Source: Lobosporangium transversale
Lineage: Eukaryota
DNA length: 64,000 nt
Direction: 5' to 3'
NCBI RefSeq assembly: GCF_002105155.1
Contig: NW_019028981.1
Location: 1,054,001-1,118,000, forward strand
Every line of letters starts with the position of its first letter. Within the stretch, counting starts at the first letter, position 1. The notes under the pieces were generated by a model. It made no database searches and was not told where the DNA came from. It saw only the letters and a program-made list of their open reading frames with translations. The position numbers and the translations under genes were made by a program. This document shows positions 52,709 through 64,000 of the stretch, in pieces.

Positions 52709-53947
52709 ATGAGCAACAGGACCAACGCGCCTTTCAGGAATGAATCCAGCGGTTACAATCTTCGGAGTGGGAGCATGACTCAGAATCAAGGCCCCAATCA
52801 ACATCATTCATATCACCAGCAACATCCCTCCTCATCAGCCACCAATCTAACTTCTCTCCATAGTAACGACAGAGACACAACCACAACCCCTTCCCCAACC
52901 TCGGTGCCTGCGCCTCATCCTGCCAATATTTCCGCCGAAGCAGGGCCAGGACCTAGTCACGTTTTGGGTATGCCCCAACAACAGCAACAGCTCATATCCG
53001 AAGAGTCTTCTACAGAACAAATGTTATTGGCTTCTTTCAAAGCTGCGGCTCAGTCAGTGACACAGCTCTACAAAGATTCTCTCAAACATCAAAAAACCGA
53101 ACATGTCAAAGGCTATGATGCCGCCTTACAGGATCTTCTGACCTTTATTGCGAACCATCCATTAGTCCAGGCAAAGAAAAACCAAGGACAGACAGAGGAT
53201 GAAATTCGACATAATACCAGTCTTTCTGTCGACGACATCGTCACCTATTTGACCAATGCTCGATCCATGAACCGTGCTGCCATGGGGAACGATGTCCAAC
53301 AGCAGCAACAGCAACAGCAACAGCAACAACAGCATCAGTTGCAAGCTCAAGCTCAGGCACAGCACCGTGCACATGAGCAACAATTACAGCAGCAACTAAT
53401 GGAGCAACAACAACAACAACAGTTCCTTCGACATCAGCAACAACAGCAACACCATCAACAGCAAGAACAGGACTACCAGCAACCACAACAACAACAGCAC
53501 CAGCAACAACAACAACAACAACAACAGCAACAGCAACCGCAACAGCAGCAGAATCAATCACAGCAAGATCAAGAACAACAAGAACAGCAGCAACATGGCT
53601 TGCTTCAAACTTCATCCGACATTTTAGGAGTGTCTACTCCTGCATCTCCTACACCGCCTTTTCCAAGTGATGCCTTTACATTTACTGCGCCGATTTTCCA
53701 CCCAGGTTTAGATCAGACCAGCTTTCAAACTATCTTTCCAGGACCTGATGGTGGAATTGGACAGCAGATGTATGTGGATTCATTAAAACGACGGTATGCA
53801 TTACAAGACTATAATGGGGCGTCGAGTCGGATGACGATGGCAGGAACCAACGCAGCAAGGCTCTCGAACTCTATGACCATGGATTCTTTTTCTGCCTTTC
53901 ATGATCAACCACCTTTCAAACGTGGTAGAAGACGTGAAGGTGAATAA
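52709..53947 (+). CDS. HAPSTR1/C16orf72 (UPF0472)-like protein with polyQ tract, intronless
   Basis: LLASFKAAAQSVTQLYKDS...GYDAALQDLLTFI...LSVDDIVTYL resembles the F..AA..V..LYK motif; C-terminal basic clusters SLKRR and PPFKRGRR (NLS-like). Confidence 0.7.
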   Translation: MSNRTNAPFRNESSGYNLRSGSMTQNQGPNQHHSYHQQHPSSSATNLTSLHSNDRDTTTTPSPTSVPAPHPANISAEAGPGPSHVLGMPQQQQQLISEESSTEQMLLASFKAAAQSVTQLYKDSLKHQKTEHVKGYDAALQDLLTFIANHPLVQAKKNQGQTEDEIRHNTSLSVDDIVTYLTNARSMNRAAMGNDVQQQQQQQQQQQQHQLQAQAQAQHRAHEQQLQQQLMEQQQQQQFLRHQQQQQHHQQQEQDYQQPQQQQHQQQQQQQQQQQQPQQQQNQSQQDQEQQEQQQHGLLQTSSDILGVSTPASPTPPFPSDAFTFTAPIFHPGLDQTSFQTIFPGPDGGIGQQMYVDSLKRRYALQDYNGASSRMTMAGTNAARLSNSMTMDSFSAFHDQPPFKRGRRREGE

Positions 53948-53973
53948 GAAGGGAATCCTTTTTATCCAAAGGG

Positions 53974-54018
<45 letters not shown>

Positions 54019-54663
54019 AGTCGACATGTGGAACATTTCAATTTGCGCAGGGAATATTTGCGTATCAAAGCTGGAGAGAAGGGCATTTGTAAATGATAAT
54101 GTACCTTTTTTTTCTCTTTCTTTTTATTCTCTTTTTTATCCGCCAAGCTTAATCACTCAATGTAGAACAAAAAAAAACACCTTTGTATACTTTTTTTTTT
54201 TTTTTTTTTTTTTCTTTCTTTCTAAAGTACTGTTCTTTTGCATTTCCAACTCTATATCTCTCCTCTCTCAATTTTCTTTTTTCTTTTTTTTTCCTTTTTC
54301 TTTTTTTTTCTTTTCTTTACCACAATTGTAAATGTAATATGGCAATAAACTTTTACTTCAATAAATGTGCGCATGCTTTTTGGTTTAGTTTTTTAAGTGA
54401 TAGATGTATATTGATATTTCTGTGTTCAGATATCTCATGTTTATTTAAACTATTATTTGTCTATGGTTAATTGGTTAATTGTAACATGTAAATGAATGTT
54501 CATATTTCTCCCTTTATTGGAAAGATTTTTTGTTATTGTTGTTGTTGTTATTGTCTATTCTATTTCTATCATGTCTATTTTCTTTATTTTAGTTGTTATT
54601 GTTGGATGATGGATGAATAATAATGCTGTACTGTGGTAAATATATTGTTTTGTATTGTATTGT

Positions 54664-55977
54664 TTATGCAAACCAAGACTCAATCTCCTTTGCAACACCA
54701 TCGTCCGCATTAGAACCGATCACTCGGTCTGCCAACTTCTTCATGTCGGCATGTCCATTCCCCATACAAAGTCCCAACCCTGCGACCTGTAACATCTCTG
54801 CATCATTCAAAAGGTCACCAAAGGCCACCACGTCATCGTGTGCGATCCCCTGAGACTTACAGTAGTTGATTAGTCCAAGTCCCTTGTTGACACCTGCAGC
54901 TGAAATTTCTAAAAAGTACATCCCAGAGTATGTGATGGATATTTGTGGTGATGCAATTGAAATTGAGTTTGAGACATTTCCTGCTAGTGCTGCTTCTGCA
55001 TCTATTCCCGCAGATTCGACCCCTGTTGTGCCTGTGCCTGTGCCTGTCATTCTCTCTGTGTTCGTCGTTGTCGGGTTGATTGAACGTAAAGTAGGGGGCA
55101 AAGATTCAAAGAGATCTGGTGCAGATCGGTTGCGATCCAATGCCATCAATTTAACAATTCCTCCTTTTGGCATCCCGGTACTTTCAGAGGGGACCAAAAG
55201 GGATTGCAGGAATGTCTCCATAGATTCTCGCAAGACTGTATACTCGTAATAGATGGCATGCTTCCGATGAAGCTCCCAGGTCCGATCACAAACAAAAGTT
55301 GTGTCTGGAGCGTAGATGACCTCTCCAGTCTTTTCGTCCTTGCCCAAGAACCAGATGACTTCACAGGCAAAGCCTGGTCTTCCAGCCATTCGCGGCTCAT
55401 TGCTTTGATCGTTTTCAAGGGGAGGCAATGGTCTTAAATCCCCGCCAAGGCCCATTTCATTTGGATTTTTACTGAGAGGAATCCGACTCTTGGGGGTTCC
55501 GTAGGTTGAAATCTCTGAGCGGAGTTGTTGAACCACAACAGTAGCTTGATCCAGGGGGATGAACTGAGGATGAGTGATGACTTTAGTGCGGGGGTTATAA
55601 TTGAGAGCACCATTGCAACAGATCACCGCATCGGGAATTACGATTCCTTCAAAGAGATCGATCACTAATTGGACCGATCGTGGAGATCGTCCGGAGGCGA
55701 GCATGATCTGGACATTGTTGCTGTTGTCATGGCTGTTACTACTGCCACCATTGTTGATGATGTCACCCTGGCCATTGATCTGTTGATCGCTTTGATTGTC
55801 AGTAATGGGAGAGGATTGAAGAGCAGGACCGGCTTTGGCCTGTTGAAGAAGGGAAAGTGCGTTGATGGAACGACGGGTGATGGAATGTTGACGATTGAGA
55901 AGAGTGCCATCTAAATCAAATACGACTAATCGAGGCAGCCTTGTTGTATGGTGAAACGCAATGGGCTTCTTGTGCAT
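54664..55977 (-). CDS. Cof-type HAD-IIB hydrolase, intronless
   Basis: Motif I VFDLDGTLL; motif II LASGR; CNGA; motif III LEISAAGVNKG; motif IV AFGDLLNDAEML; C-terminal SNADDGVA. Confidence 0.9.
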   Translation of the reverse strand: MHKKPIAFHHTTRLPRLVVFDLDGTLLNRQHSITRRSINALSLLQQAKAGPALQSSPITDNQSDQQINGQGDIINNGGSSNSHDNSNNVQIMLASGRSPRSVQLVIDLFEGIVIPDAVICCNGALNYNPRTKVITHPQFIPLDQATVVVQQLRSEISTYGTPKSRIPLSKNPNEMGLGGDLRPLPPLENDQSNEPRMAGRPGFACEVIWFLGKDEKTGEVIYAPDTTFVCDRTWELHRKHAIYYEYTVLRESMETFLQSLLVPSESTGMPKGGIVKLMALDRNRSAPDLFESLPPTLRSINPTTTNTERMTGTGTGTTGVESAGIDAEAALAGNVSNSISIASPQISITYSGMYFLEISAAGVNKGLGLINYCKSQGIAHDDVVAFGDLLNDAEMLQVAGLGLCMGNGHADMKKLADRVIGSNADDGVAKEIESWFA

Positions 55978-57878
55978 CGTTTCTTTTCAAGTAAGCGTCT
56001 TTTGGTTGGTGTTGTGTGGTTTTGTTTTGCTTCTTGCGTGTTTTACTTTTTATTTTTTATTTTTTTCTTTTATTGAATGGTCAAATGGTGTGAGTTGTAT
56101 GGTATAATAATAATAAAAAAAAATAAAAAAAAAAAAAAAAAAAGACTTTTTTGATGTTGCTGAAAAGTAAAGAGTTTTTGTTGGTTGACTTTTTTATTTT
56201 TTTTTTTTTTTCCTTCTTCTACTTCAATGCTAGTCTACATTTAAACAGTAAATATATCTATAATATTTATCTTGGGCTTGCATAGCATAGACTTTTTTTT
56301 TTTTTTTTTTTTTTTTACCTGACTTACAGATCGATAATCGGAAATAGTTTTTTTAGATCATTAGGTCAATTTTTTTTATGCTTGCTTGCACTTTTTTGCT
56401 CTTCCACATGGATATTTCCAGAAGACATGACATGAAAGCTAAAAAAGTAAAGTACAAAAAAGCAAGCCATATCCCAACTATGTTGCGGTACATGAACTGA
56501 ATGTAGACTAGAGATTGACTTTGGACGCGAAAGTAATTGACTAGGAGTCATATGCTTTTTTTTTTTTTTTTCCTTCAAGTGGATATGTCATTACGGAGGG
56601 CTGGGAGGCGCAAGAGGAAGAGGAAGGGGGTGAGGAGGCGAGGAGGTGAGGGGGGAGGGGGAAAGTGAAAAAGGGAAGGGAAGGGAAGGAGGGAAGGGAA
56701 GGGAAGGGGAGGGAGGACTTGTAGACCATAGCTGCGGGAAATGAAGGATCGACAGATCCTAAAGAAAAGAAAAGAAAAAAAAAAAATGCAAAAAAAAAAA
56801 TGTAAAAAATACGCCACCAAAAAAAAAAAAAAAAAAAAAAAGCTGTAATTTGTTTCAAAGGGTAGCTGACTCAAAATTCAAGACATTATCAAGATCATCT
56901 TGAACAAGGTCAATCAAATGGTTGCGTTACAATGGAAAAAAGAATAAGGTCCATTTCTGCAAGTCAAACAGACATTCACATACTCGAGTATGAGAATGAT
57001 TGTAAGATCGTAACGAGATATAGTTCAGCTCTTTGGGTGTCTTGGCTCCGAACATGGATCCGATATGCATGTATATATCATAGCATGTACATCTATACAT
57101 GTGTATTAACATTCATAGATATTTATATACCATCAAATACCGCCATGATAATAAAGTTTGTTTAAAATTATTGGGCCATACATAAGGTATATGAATTACT
57201 CTATTTGTTCATCTTGTGGGCAGCGACGATCACTCTCAATAAATAAAATAGATTAAAAAAAAAAAAAAAAAAAAAAGAATCGTTTTTTGCCTTTTTTAGC
57301 AAAAAAGTAAAAAGGGTTACGCAAGAAAGGTTAGTCAAGGCATCGCGCATCGAGATGAAACATGACGCAGGGGCACAGGCATGAATATCTGGGACCAATC
57401 ATGCATGCATGGCTTATGCTCGGTGGATCCTGTTTGTCGTAATGGTGCATTTCAGGTTCTTGAGAAAAAAAAAAAAAACCCTGTGCAATGCAGTATTGGA
57501 TCCTGACATGAACTTTTTTACACCAACTGACCGACATGCTTTTCACTTGACTCATTATATGCATCAAATGGATTCATTAAATGCATCAAATGATCTTTAT
57601 TTTTTTTATTTTTTATTTTTTTTTTTTTAATTTACAAATTTATAAAGACGTTTATTTGTAATGGTTGAGGAATGGTCTATATTTTAGCATCACTTGATTT
57701 ATTTGTAAGTGCCACATTAGGCTTTTCTTGAATGCTCTTTCCAGGTAAAATATGGGAGCAGGATTAACCGTCTGGAATATGATTTGTCCATTCAAATTAA
57801 AGAGGGTTAGTCGTATATGCAATTATCAAAGTAACAGGCGTCTTTTTTTTTTTTTTTTTTTTTTGACAATGATGGTTG

Positions 57879-57910
<32 letters not shown>

Positions 57911-59616
57911 AGGGCGAACAAGATCCAAAGACCTAGATTCACTTGAATGCAGGCCGCAGGGTCCATCAACGAAGCCTCAAGATTCAAACAATGGACAGAT
58001 CAACGATACGATGTACAAAACAGTGCAATTGGTTCTCTTTTTTTTTTTTTTTTCTTGTGAAAGGCACATGGAATATCAGAGCCCAAGGCGTATCGTCTAT
58101 TCTGTGGCTCTGCAAGTTCTACTTGCTGCTATCCTTACTTCTACTCCAGTGATACAAAACACTCACAAGGTATGTAATGAGGCACCAATAGAGGTTCTCC
58201 TACAAATGTGTGCCTCTATGCCTCAATGCCTCTCCTCTATGCCTCTAGGCGCTTTCTTTCTTTGGTGCCTCGTGTATGTGTTTGTCTGTCTGCTCCGCTC
58301 TAGCCTCCATGCAAGCAATTTGCCTCGACCAAAGAAAATAGCGCGTCCATTCTTCTGGAAACCGAAGATCGGTAATCTATAATGGAATATCCTAATATGC
58401 ATATATACTTATTTCCAATTTAAAATTTTTAATTCAACGACTATCAAGTGAACTAGGAGGTTTTTAAAAAAGAGGACAAACTGAAGACATGAATAGACAC
58501 CAAAGCTGGTCATGGGATTGGTTTAGGAATATTAACATCCTTTTTTGGTCTTTATCAATGTTGATCATTTCGTCATCTTAGCGTATAAAAGGGAATGTTA
58601 CAAGCTTTACATTGAGACAACAGCGACGAAGGAGTTAAAAAAATTAGACCGATTTTTTTTCTAAAATGATCAACAGTATTTTTTTGGTGGCACAAGGACG
58701 ATGATCAAAAAGTAAAAAAACGATGAACATTAGAAGTCTTTCTTTTTCTTTTTTTTTTTAGTTGTCTAGAAAGGAGTATTTAAAAGATGAACGAAAGTAG
58801 TAATGAGTGAGAAAGCGAAATGTGGTTACTGGAAAAGCAGGTCTTCTTGCCCAAGAAAGCTGGACAAGACAAGCAAAAACTTTGTGTGTTGGACTGTCTG
58901 GACAAATGGGAGCATGCTTGACTTGGCCATAAAAAATTTATAACCAAAAAAAATAAAAAAAATAAAAAAGGACAAAAAGAGAGTATAAAAAGCCATGGCA
59001 AATGCTTCAAAACCTTTGATTCTCTTTTCGCCTTCCTTGTTACCTTTCTAGCCCTTTAGATTATGCCCTCTCTGTTCATCCTTTACACTCACTCTCTGCC
59101 GAATTACTTTCATTGCTACCGTTGCTGTCTCTTTCTTTGGTAAGAAAAATATTGTTAGTCGTCACCTGACCACATCCGCCTTTGAATACTGTCATAATTG
59201 CAATGTTGTTTCCCCCTTCCTTTCTTTTTTTGTTGATCTCTTAACATGTGTGTGGTGTGGATAGACTTGTGGATGGTCTGTTCGTAACATGTGGCGAATG
59301 ACATGTAGCCTCAGAAATAATAATAAAAAGAATAAAAAGATGCACAGCTAGACAGTGTACATACCAAAAGTACCATCTCCAATTCAGAGTCATAACCTTT
59401 CTTCCTATTTAATTTCTTTCTGCATTTTAGTTTCATCACACTGAATAGTGTGTAGCTCTCACGAGAGAAAAAAATAAAATAAAATAAAACGTAAGAACGG
59501 CCTAAGCGTTACATTTTTATTTTTTTACTTTTTTAAAATTAAACGACGTACTCATCAAGTAACAGCATTCATACACTTTACGGCATTATCACCACCTTGA
59601 TTTTTCATTATCGACC

Positions 59617-62600
59617 ATGTCGACAACGCCGCATCCTTCCCAACAACAACTGTCTTCTCCGTTGTTCATCCCAGAGCTGTTTCATCATATTACATACTAT
59701 CTCTTGATTGACACTACTCGAAGCAAACAGGACCAAGATCTTAACCAGTATGCGAGTCTGAAGTTTTCCTATATTCCTATTACCTTTAAAATGCTGCATC
59801 GCGATATATCCGAGCACGGGCCCAGTCTCAGGAGTTTAAAGTCCTGGCCCATCCTAATACGTGATCCCTATGTCATCTCATCTTTATTAGACTTGAATTT
59901 GGCGGAATTGAACTCGCTGCCCATCATCAGTCCTTGCATCAACAACAGAAGTATAAACACGAATACTTGTCTGATCCTGCCGATCTCTACCCCGAAAGGC
60001 TGCGCTTAAAACTTCATACACCCGGACAAACACTCGTTATCTGTGCACAAGTCTGTCGATTTTGGTCTCAGCAACTTCTTCCGTTGCTTTGGCACACGAT
60101 CCGCATCAACCAGTTTGATAAAGTTGAGTCTCTCCTTTTATCTGCGTTCAAGTTAACTACTCCAGCCTCCCTTGGATCTGCCCTCTCATTTCCGAAGGAC
60201 GCCCGTGGATCTCCTTACTGTTCACGCCGCTTGGATACAGCTCTTTCCTCTCAGGAAGAGTCAACGTTTGTTTATTCTGAAAACAGGTCCGTACCATGTA
60301 TTCCTGGACGCTATCAAACGTATCATTAACAATCAAGCAATTCTGACACTGTAATTTTTTACTTCCTATCCTTTTATTTCCTCATTCAGTTCTTTGATCC
60401 ACTCTTCAGCTCCGTCTATTCCTTCTTCTTCTTTTCCACCACCCAAAACTACTCATAGTACCTCATCCCCTATCAGCAGTATTTCTGTGGTACCAGGACA
60501 CATCTCTGCTGGCATAATCAGCAACGGTCACCTCATCCGTTGTATCTATCTAGTCAACGCTGACTCAGCCTATATATTTAACCATCCCAACGTCTCAGAG
60601 TTATTGGAATTTACTTGCACTTTATTGCCAAGTATGGATAACCTGGAGCAAGTCGAGAATATTATCGCTAGGAACATCCATAAACGACTGAAGCGACTAA
60701 GAATTGGTCGGACTCTCAACCGTCGATGCAGTTCCGATACACAACACCATCCTAACTCTTACCCTGTAAACCGCTACGGCAGCGCCGGTAATAGCGGCAA
60801 TATTACAACAATACATGACCAGCCTGAACCATTGATCCATCATAGTGGTAGTGAGACCGGATCAGACTCAAGCTCAGATGTACGACATTCCCGAGGAGCA
60901 TCTCGTCAGTTTCAACAACGACAAAGCACACATAGATCTTCTCACAGAGCCCATCGCTCCAACCGTTACCATGCCAACATTCTTCCTACATTTCCTCACC
61001 CAGAAAGCAATGCCCGTTCATGTCCCTCTCTCCAAAAGGATTTACATTACTCTCCATACAAGGCTCGAAGGCTTAATCGTATCTACTCCGACGGCGACCT
61101 TTATGCTTCTAGATCTCAAGTCCTGGAGCCAAATGTCGAAACAAGCTTTTCTGTACGTTCGTAGCTATGCTTCCCCCTTTCATTCTTGAATTTAATATCG
61201 TAATCTTCGGGAATATTTTCTAATCGGCCGGCATTGTCCATTTTTTTACTTTACAAGCAGCATTTCTGGTCCGCTGAGGATCACAGAGATACGACAGTGG
61301 GGTCTGACCACCAGAAACAACAGCAGCATTATCCAAACTCGCATGATGGAACTTCAGCGATCCGAAATATCCTTATGGAGGGTATTATCCGCCAAGCAGC
61401 TCGACCGGTGCTCTTGACCCATCTTTCACTGATGCAGTATGAATTTATAATGGAAGAATGGGTTGAGATGATGCAACTGATGCCCTTACTACAAGAGTTG
61501 GATCTAGACATTATCGCAATATTACCAGAAACAGCAGCAGAAACGTTTAGTGACGAGGATCATGTGGGCAGGGGAAGCGGTGGACATATAGCTTTACCAG
61601 ACAGCTACCATGCACAAACGCATTACAGAGGGCAAGCTCAACCGCAGCAGCATGATAGGCAAATCTCTTCTTCTTTACATGAAATGGACACTTCCCCATA
61701 CGACACCATGATGGATGAGGCAGAGATAGTTCATGATTCGACGCAAAAGAGCACAGTAGTAGATGGCGAAAATTATTTCGACATGTTATTAGCTGATGTG
61801 AATGTTCAACATGATGCTACATATTCGACAGCAAGTGCCAGTGGCTGGCCTGGTAACAATGCAAGATTATCCGCCGGCAGCAGCAGCAGCAACAGTGGTA
61901 GTGCGGGAGAAAGCTTCAGCAGTTTCCAGCGTCAATTTGAATATCAACGACTTGTAGATGACGACGAACTCGACGAAGATATTACCGATGTCCGTTCATC
62001 ATCAACACATAAAATTCAGTTCCAATCTATCCGATCTTTAATCTTCCGCGGCAAGATCATCATCCCAGAGCTGCTTGAATACCTTCCCAACCTTGAGAAT
62101 TTAGCATTAGAGGAAGCTCCACAAGAATCAAAGGAATCAAGGATGATGGAACATGCTGACCATCAGAAACCCGCACAATCATTACAACCATTCGCAATCT
62201 CAGAACTGGGTAACATGATATCAAAGTATTGTCCCCACATCTGTCGCCTTGTCCTAAATGAACCCTCGCTTCAGACAAACTGCCGATGGGCATCACATGT
62301 ATCACTACTCCTGCGTGCAATTCCTCAGTTGCTTCACTTTGTGGCTGCAACGCAGTTAGTGATCCAGAATCAGGACATTATGGAGGCCTTGCTTCACTTC
62401 CATGGAGAGCATCTTCAGTCCTTCCTTGTTCTGGATGAATCCATGAGCCCAGATGATGGATTTTATTCATCTCAGCAACAACAGCAGCCGCAGCATGACT
62501 CCTCCTTTTCCTCCGAGAGTGGCTTTTACCATCATCCACTCCACAATGACTCCTATGGCCATGGTCAATATCATCAATGGGTTCGACTTCGTCAACTTTA

Positions 62601-63291
62601 CCTTCAAGTATTGGAAACATGCCCTAACCTGCAGGTATCGGACTGCAAGATCCCATTGCCCTTGCGCGACGTCATTGCCTCCATCCCGAATTGGGCATGT
62701 CGATACAACCTTGCGGTTTTACGGCTTGAATTCTCTGAACTGAGTGGTCCAGGAGTGATGGAGATGGATAGTGAGGAAGAAGCTGTCATGGAGATGTTCA
62801 TCAAAAGCTTGTTTCTTCAGTCACGAAGAGTTGACCCCTCTTCTTCTTCTGCATCTTCTACATACACATCTGACCCTGCTACATCCGCATCCGCACCCGA
62901 GTCTGGATTGTCAACAAAACTCTCGTCGACTCCTACTTCTGATTTTTTCGAAGTAACAGTCCCTTCCGAGACATACCTAACTCCAACCTCTACCGCTTTC
63001 ACTGCCACGAATTCTGCTAACGCATCTTTAGGCGATATTGATGCCTCTACCAGTGGAAACCCGGATGAAACGAATTCATTCCGCTGGCAGCAACAGCAAC
63101 AACTTGCCAAGGCAACGGCGTTTCTGTCGACATGTGCTAACTATTATCAAGTAGAAACGACTGGAATATTAATGGCACTCCAATTCTTAGTGGAGCACCA
63201 ACTGTCGATAATGCCTAGTCTGGATCATTTCTTTCTTGGGAGCAAAATGTTTCGACTCCCTCGAAGAAATATAGCGCCTTGCGTTGCGTGA
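59617..63291 (+). CDS. F-box / RNI-like protein; exons about 59617-59747, 59891-60286, 60390-61152, 61261-63291
   Basis: Split F-box-like signature SPLFIPELFHHITYYL ... LVICAQVCRFWSQQLLPLLWHTI; degenerate LRRs (MPLLQELDL, LPNLENLAL, CPHICRLVL, CPNLQV); W-A-C...L..L.L motif. Introns are GT-AG and phase-compatible. Confidence 0.7.
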
Positions 63292-64000
63292 ACTTTTTCA
63301 TCATCATTTAATATGCTTAGATGTATCATATATTATATTATATTATATTATATTATATATATATACATAGTTCTCTTTTTCGCTATTTTTTTTTTTCTTA
63401 AACCTGACTAAAGAATCATTTATGATTAAAAGATCTATAAAACCAATAGTGGGATCATTTCGACGTAGTTGTTGTTCTTGAATTTCAGCATTCAGAGTTG
63501 GAATAACTAGTTTTTTACAACGCTCTTTGTTCGAAAAATAAAATAACTCGCTATCTGACAAAGTGTTGCATTTCCGTTGTTCTTCTTGAAATATCCTTTC
63601 GAGAGCGTTCAGAGAGTCTAAGGAGCATTAGATAGTTGCATGTGGTGCAAAGTGTGGCTTTTTGGTCTCCCTTGAAAAAAAAAAAAAAAAAAAAAAAAAA
63701 GTAAGGGTCGCGTGGCCCTAGGGATTTGTTTCTTAGAGCTGCAGAAGAAAATGAGGAATGGGATCCACCGCTCCATGTGACACCCCTTGTAAAATATAGG
63801 AAATATCCACACCTTATAGTGTCAGGCAACATATGAATAATGCTCCTTTATGTACCCTAAACTGCCCCACCTTGCTTAATGTACAATGGTGGTGCGCATT
63901 ACAGAAAAAGTAAAGAAGAGAATGAATAATATACGATAACCACGCTGAATGGAATCGAATATAAACCCTAATCTTGGTGCTGCAACCAACTAAGATAGAG

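Noticed and set aside
56000..59600. Long gene-free region with short ORFs and purine/pyrimidine tracts
   Set aside because: No splice-consistent coding frame or recognisable RNA gene; likely divergent promoter/UTR space.

Overview
Eukaryotic, intron-rich fungal DNA with many long poly(A)/poly(T) tracts. The gene families suggest Mucoromycota, probably Mortierellaceae (Lobosporangium-like); this is inference. About 14 spliced or intact genes can be reconstructed by hand: gamma-SNAP (partial), FAP7/AK6, GPATCH1, RBM18, an MME1-like mitochondrial carrier, a large Zn2Cys6 transcription factor with a 2.8-kb intron, a second Zn2Cys6 protein, an RNI-like LRR gene, DNAJB12/HLJ1, a PAQR/IZH receptor, HTATSF1/CUS2, a Swi5-domain gene, a HAPSTR1-like gene, a Cof-type HAD hydrolase and an F-box/LRR-like gene. 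Two accessory regions are decaying: about 28-34 kb (LRR-family duplicates) and about 44.6-52 kb (nuclease relics, a TCGA-rich transposon-end-like segment and a 207-bp TA-flanked MITE). The top candidate for something new is the gene at 24400-27751. It joins a fungal Gal4-type Zn2Cys6 cluster to a motif matching the YY1/Pho REPO (2W-hairpin) motif with identical spacing, followed by two YY1-like C2H2 fingers, suggesting a dual-DNA-binding YY1/Iec1-like recruiter of INO80. All family calls come from motifs recognised from memory, not database searches.
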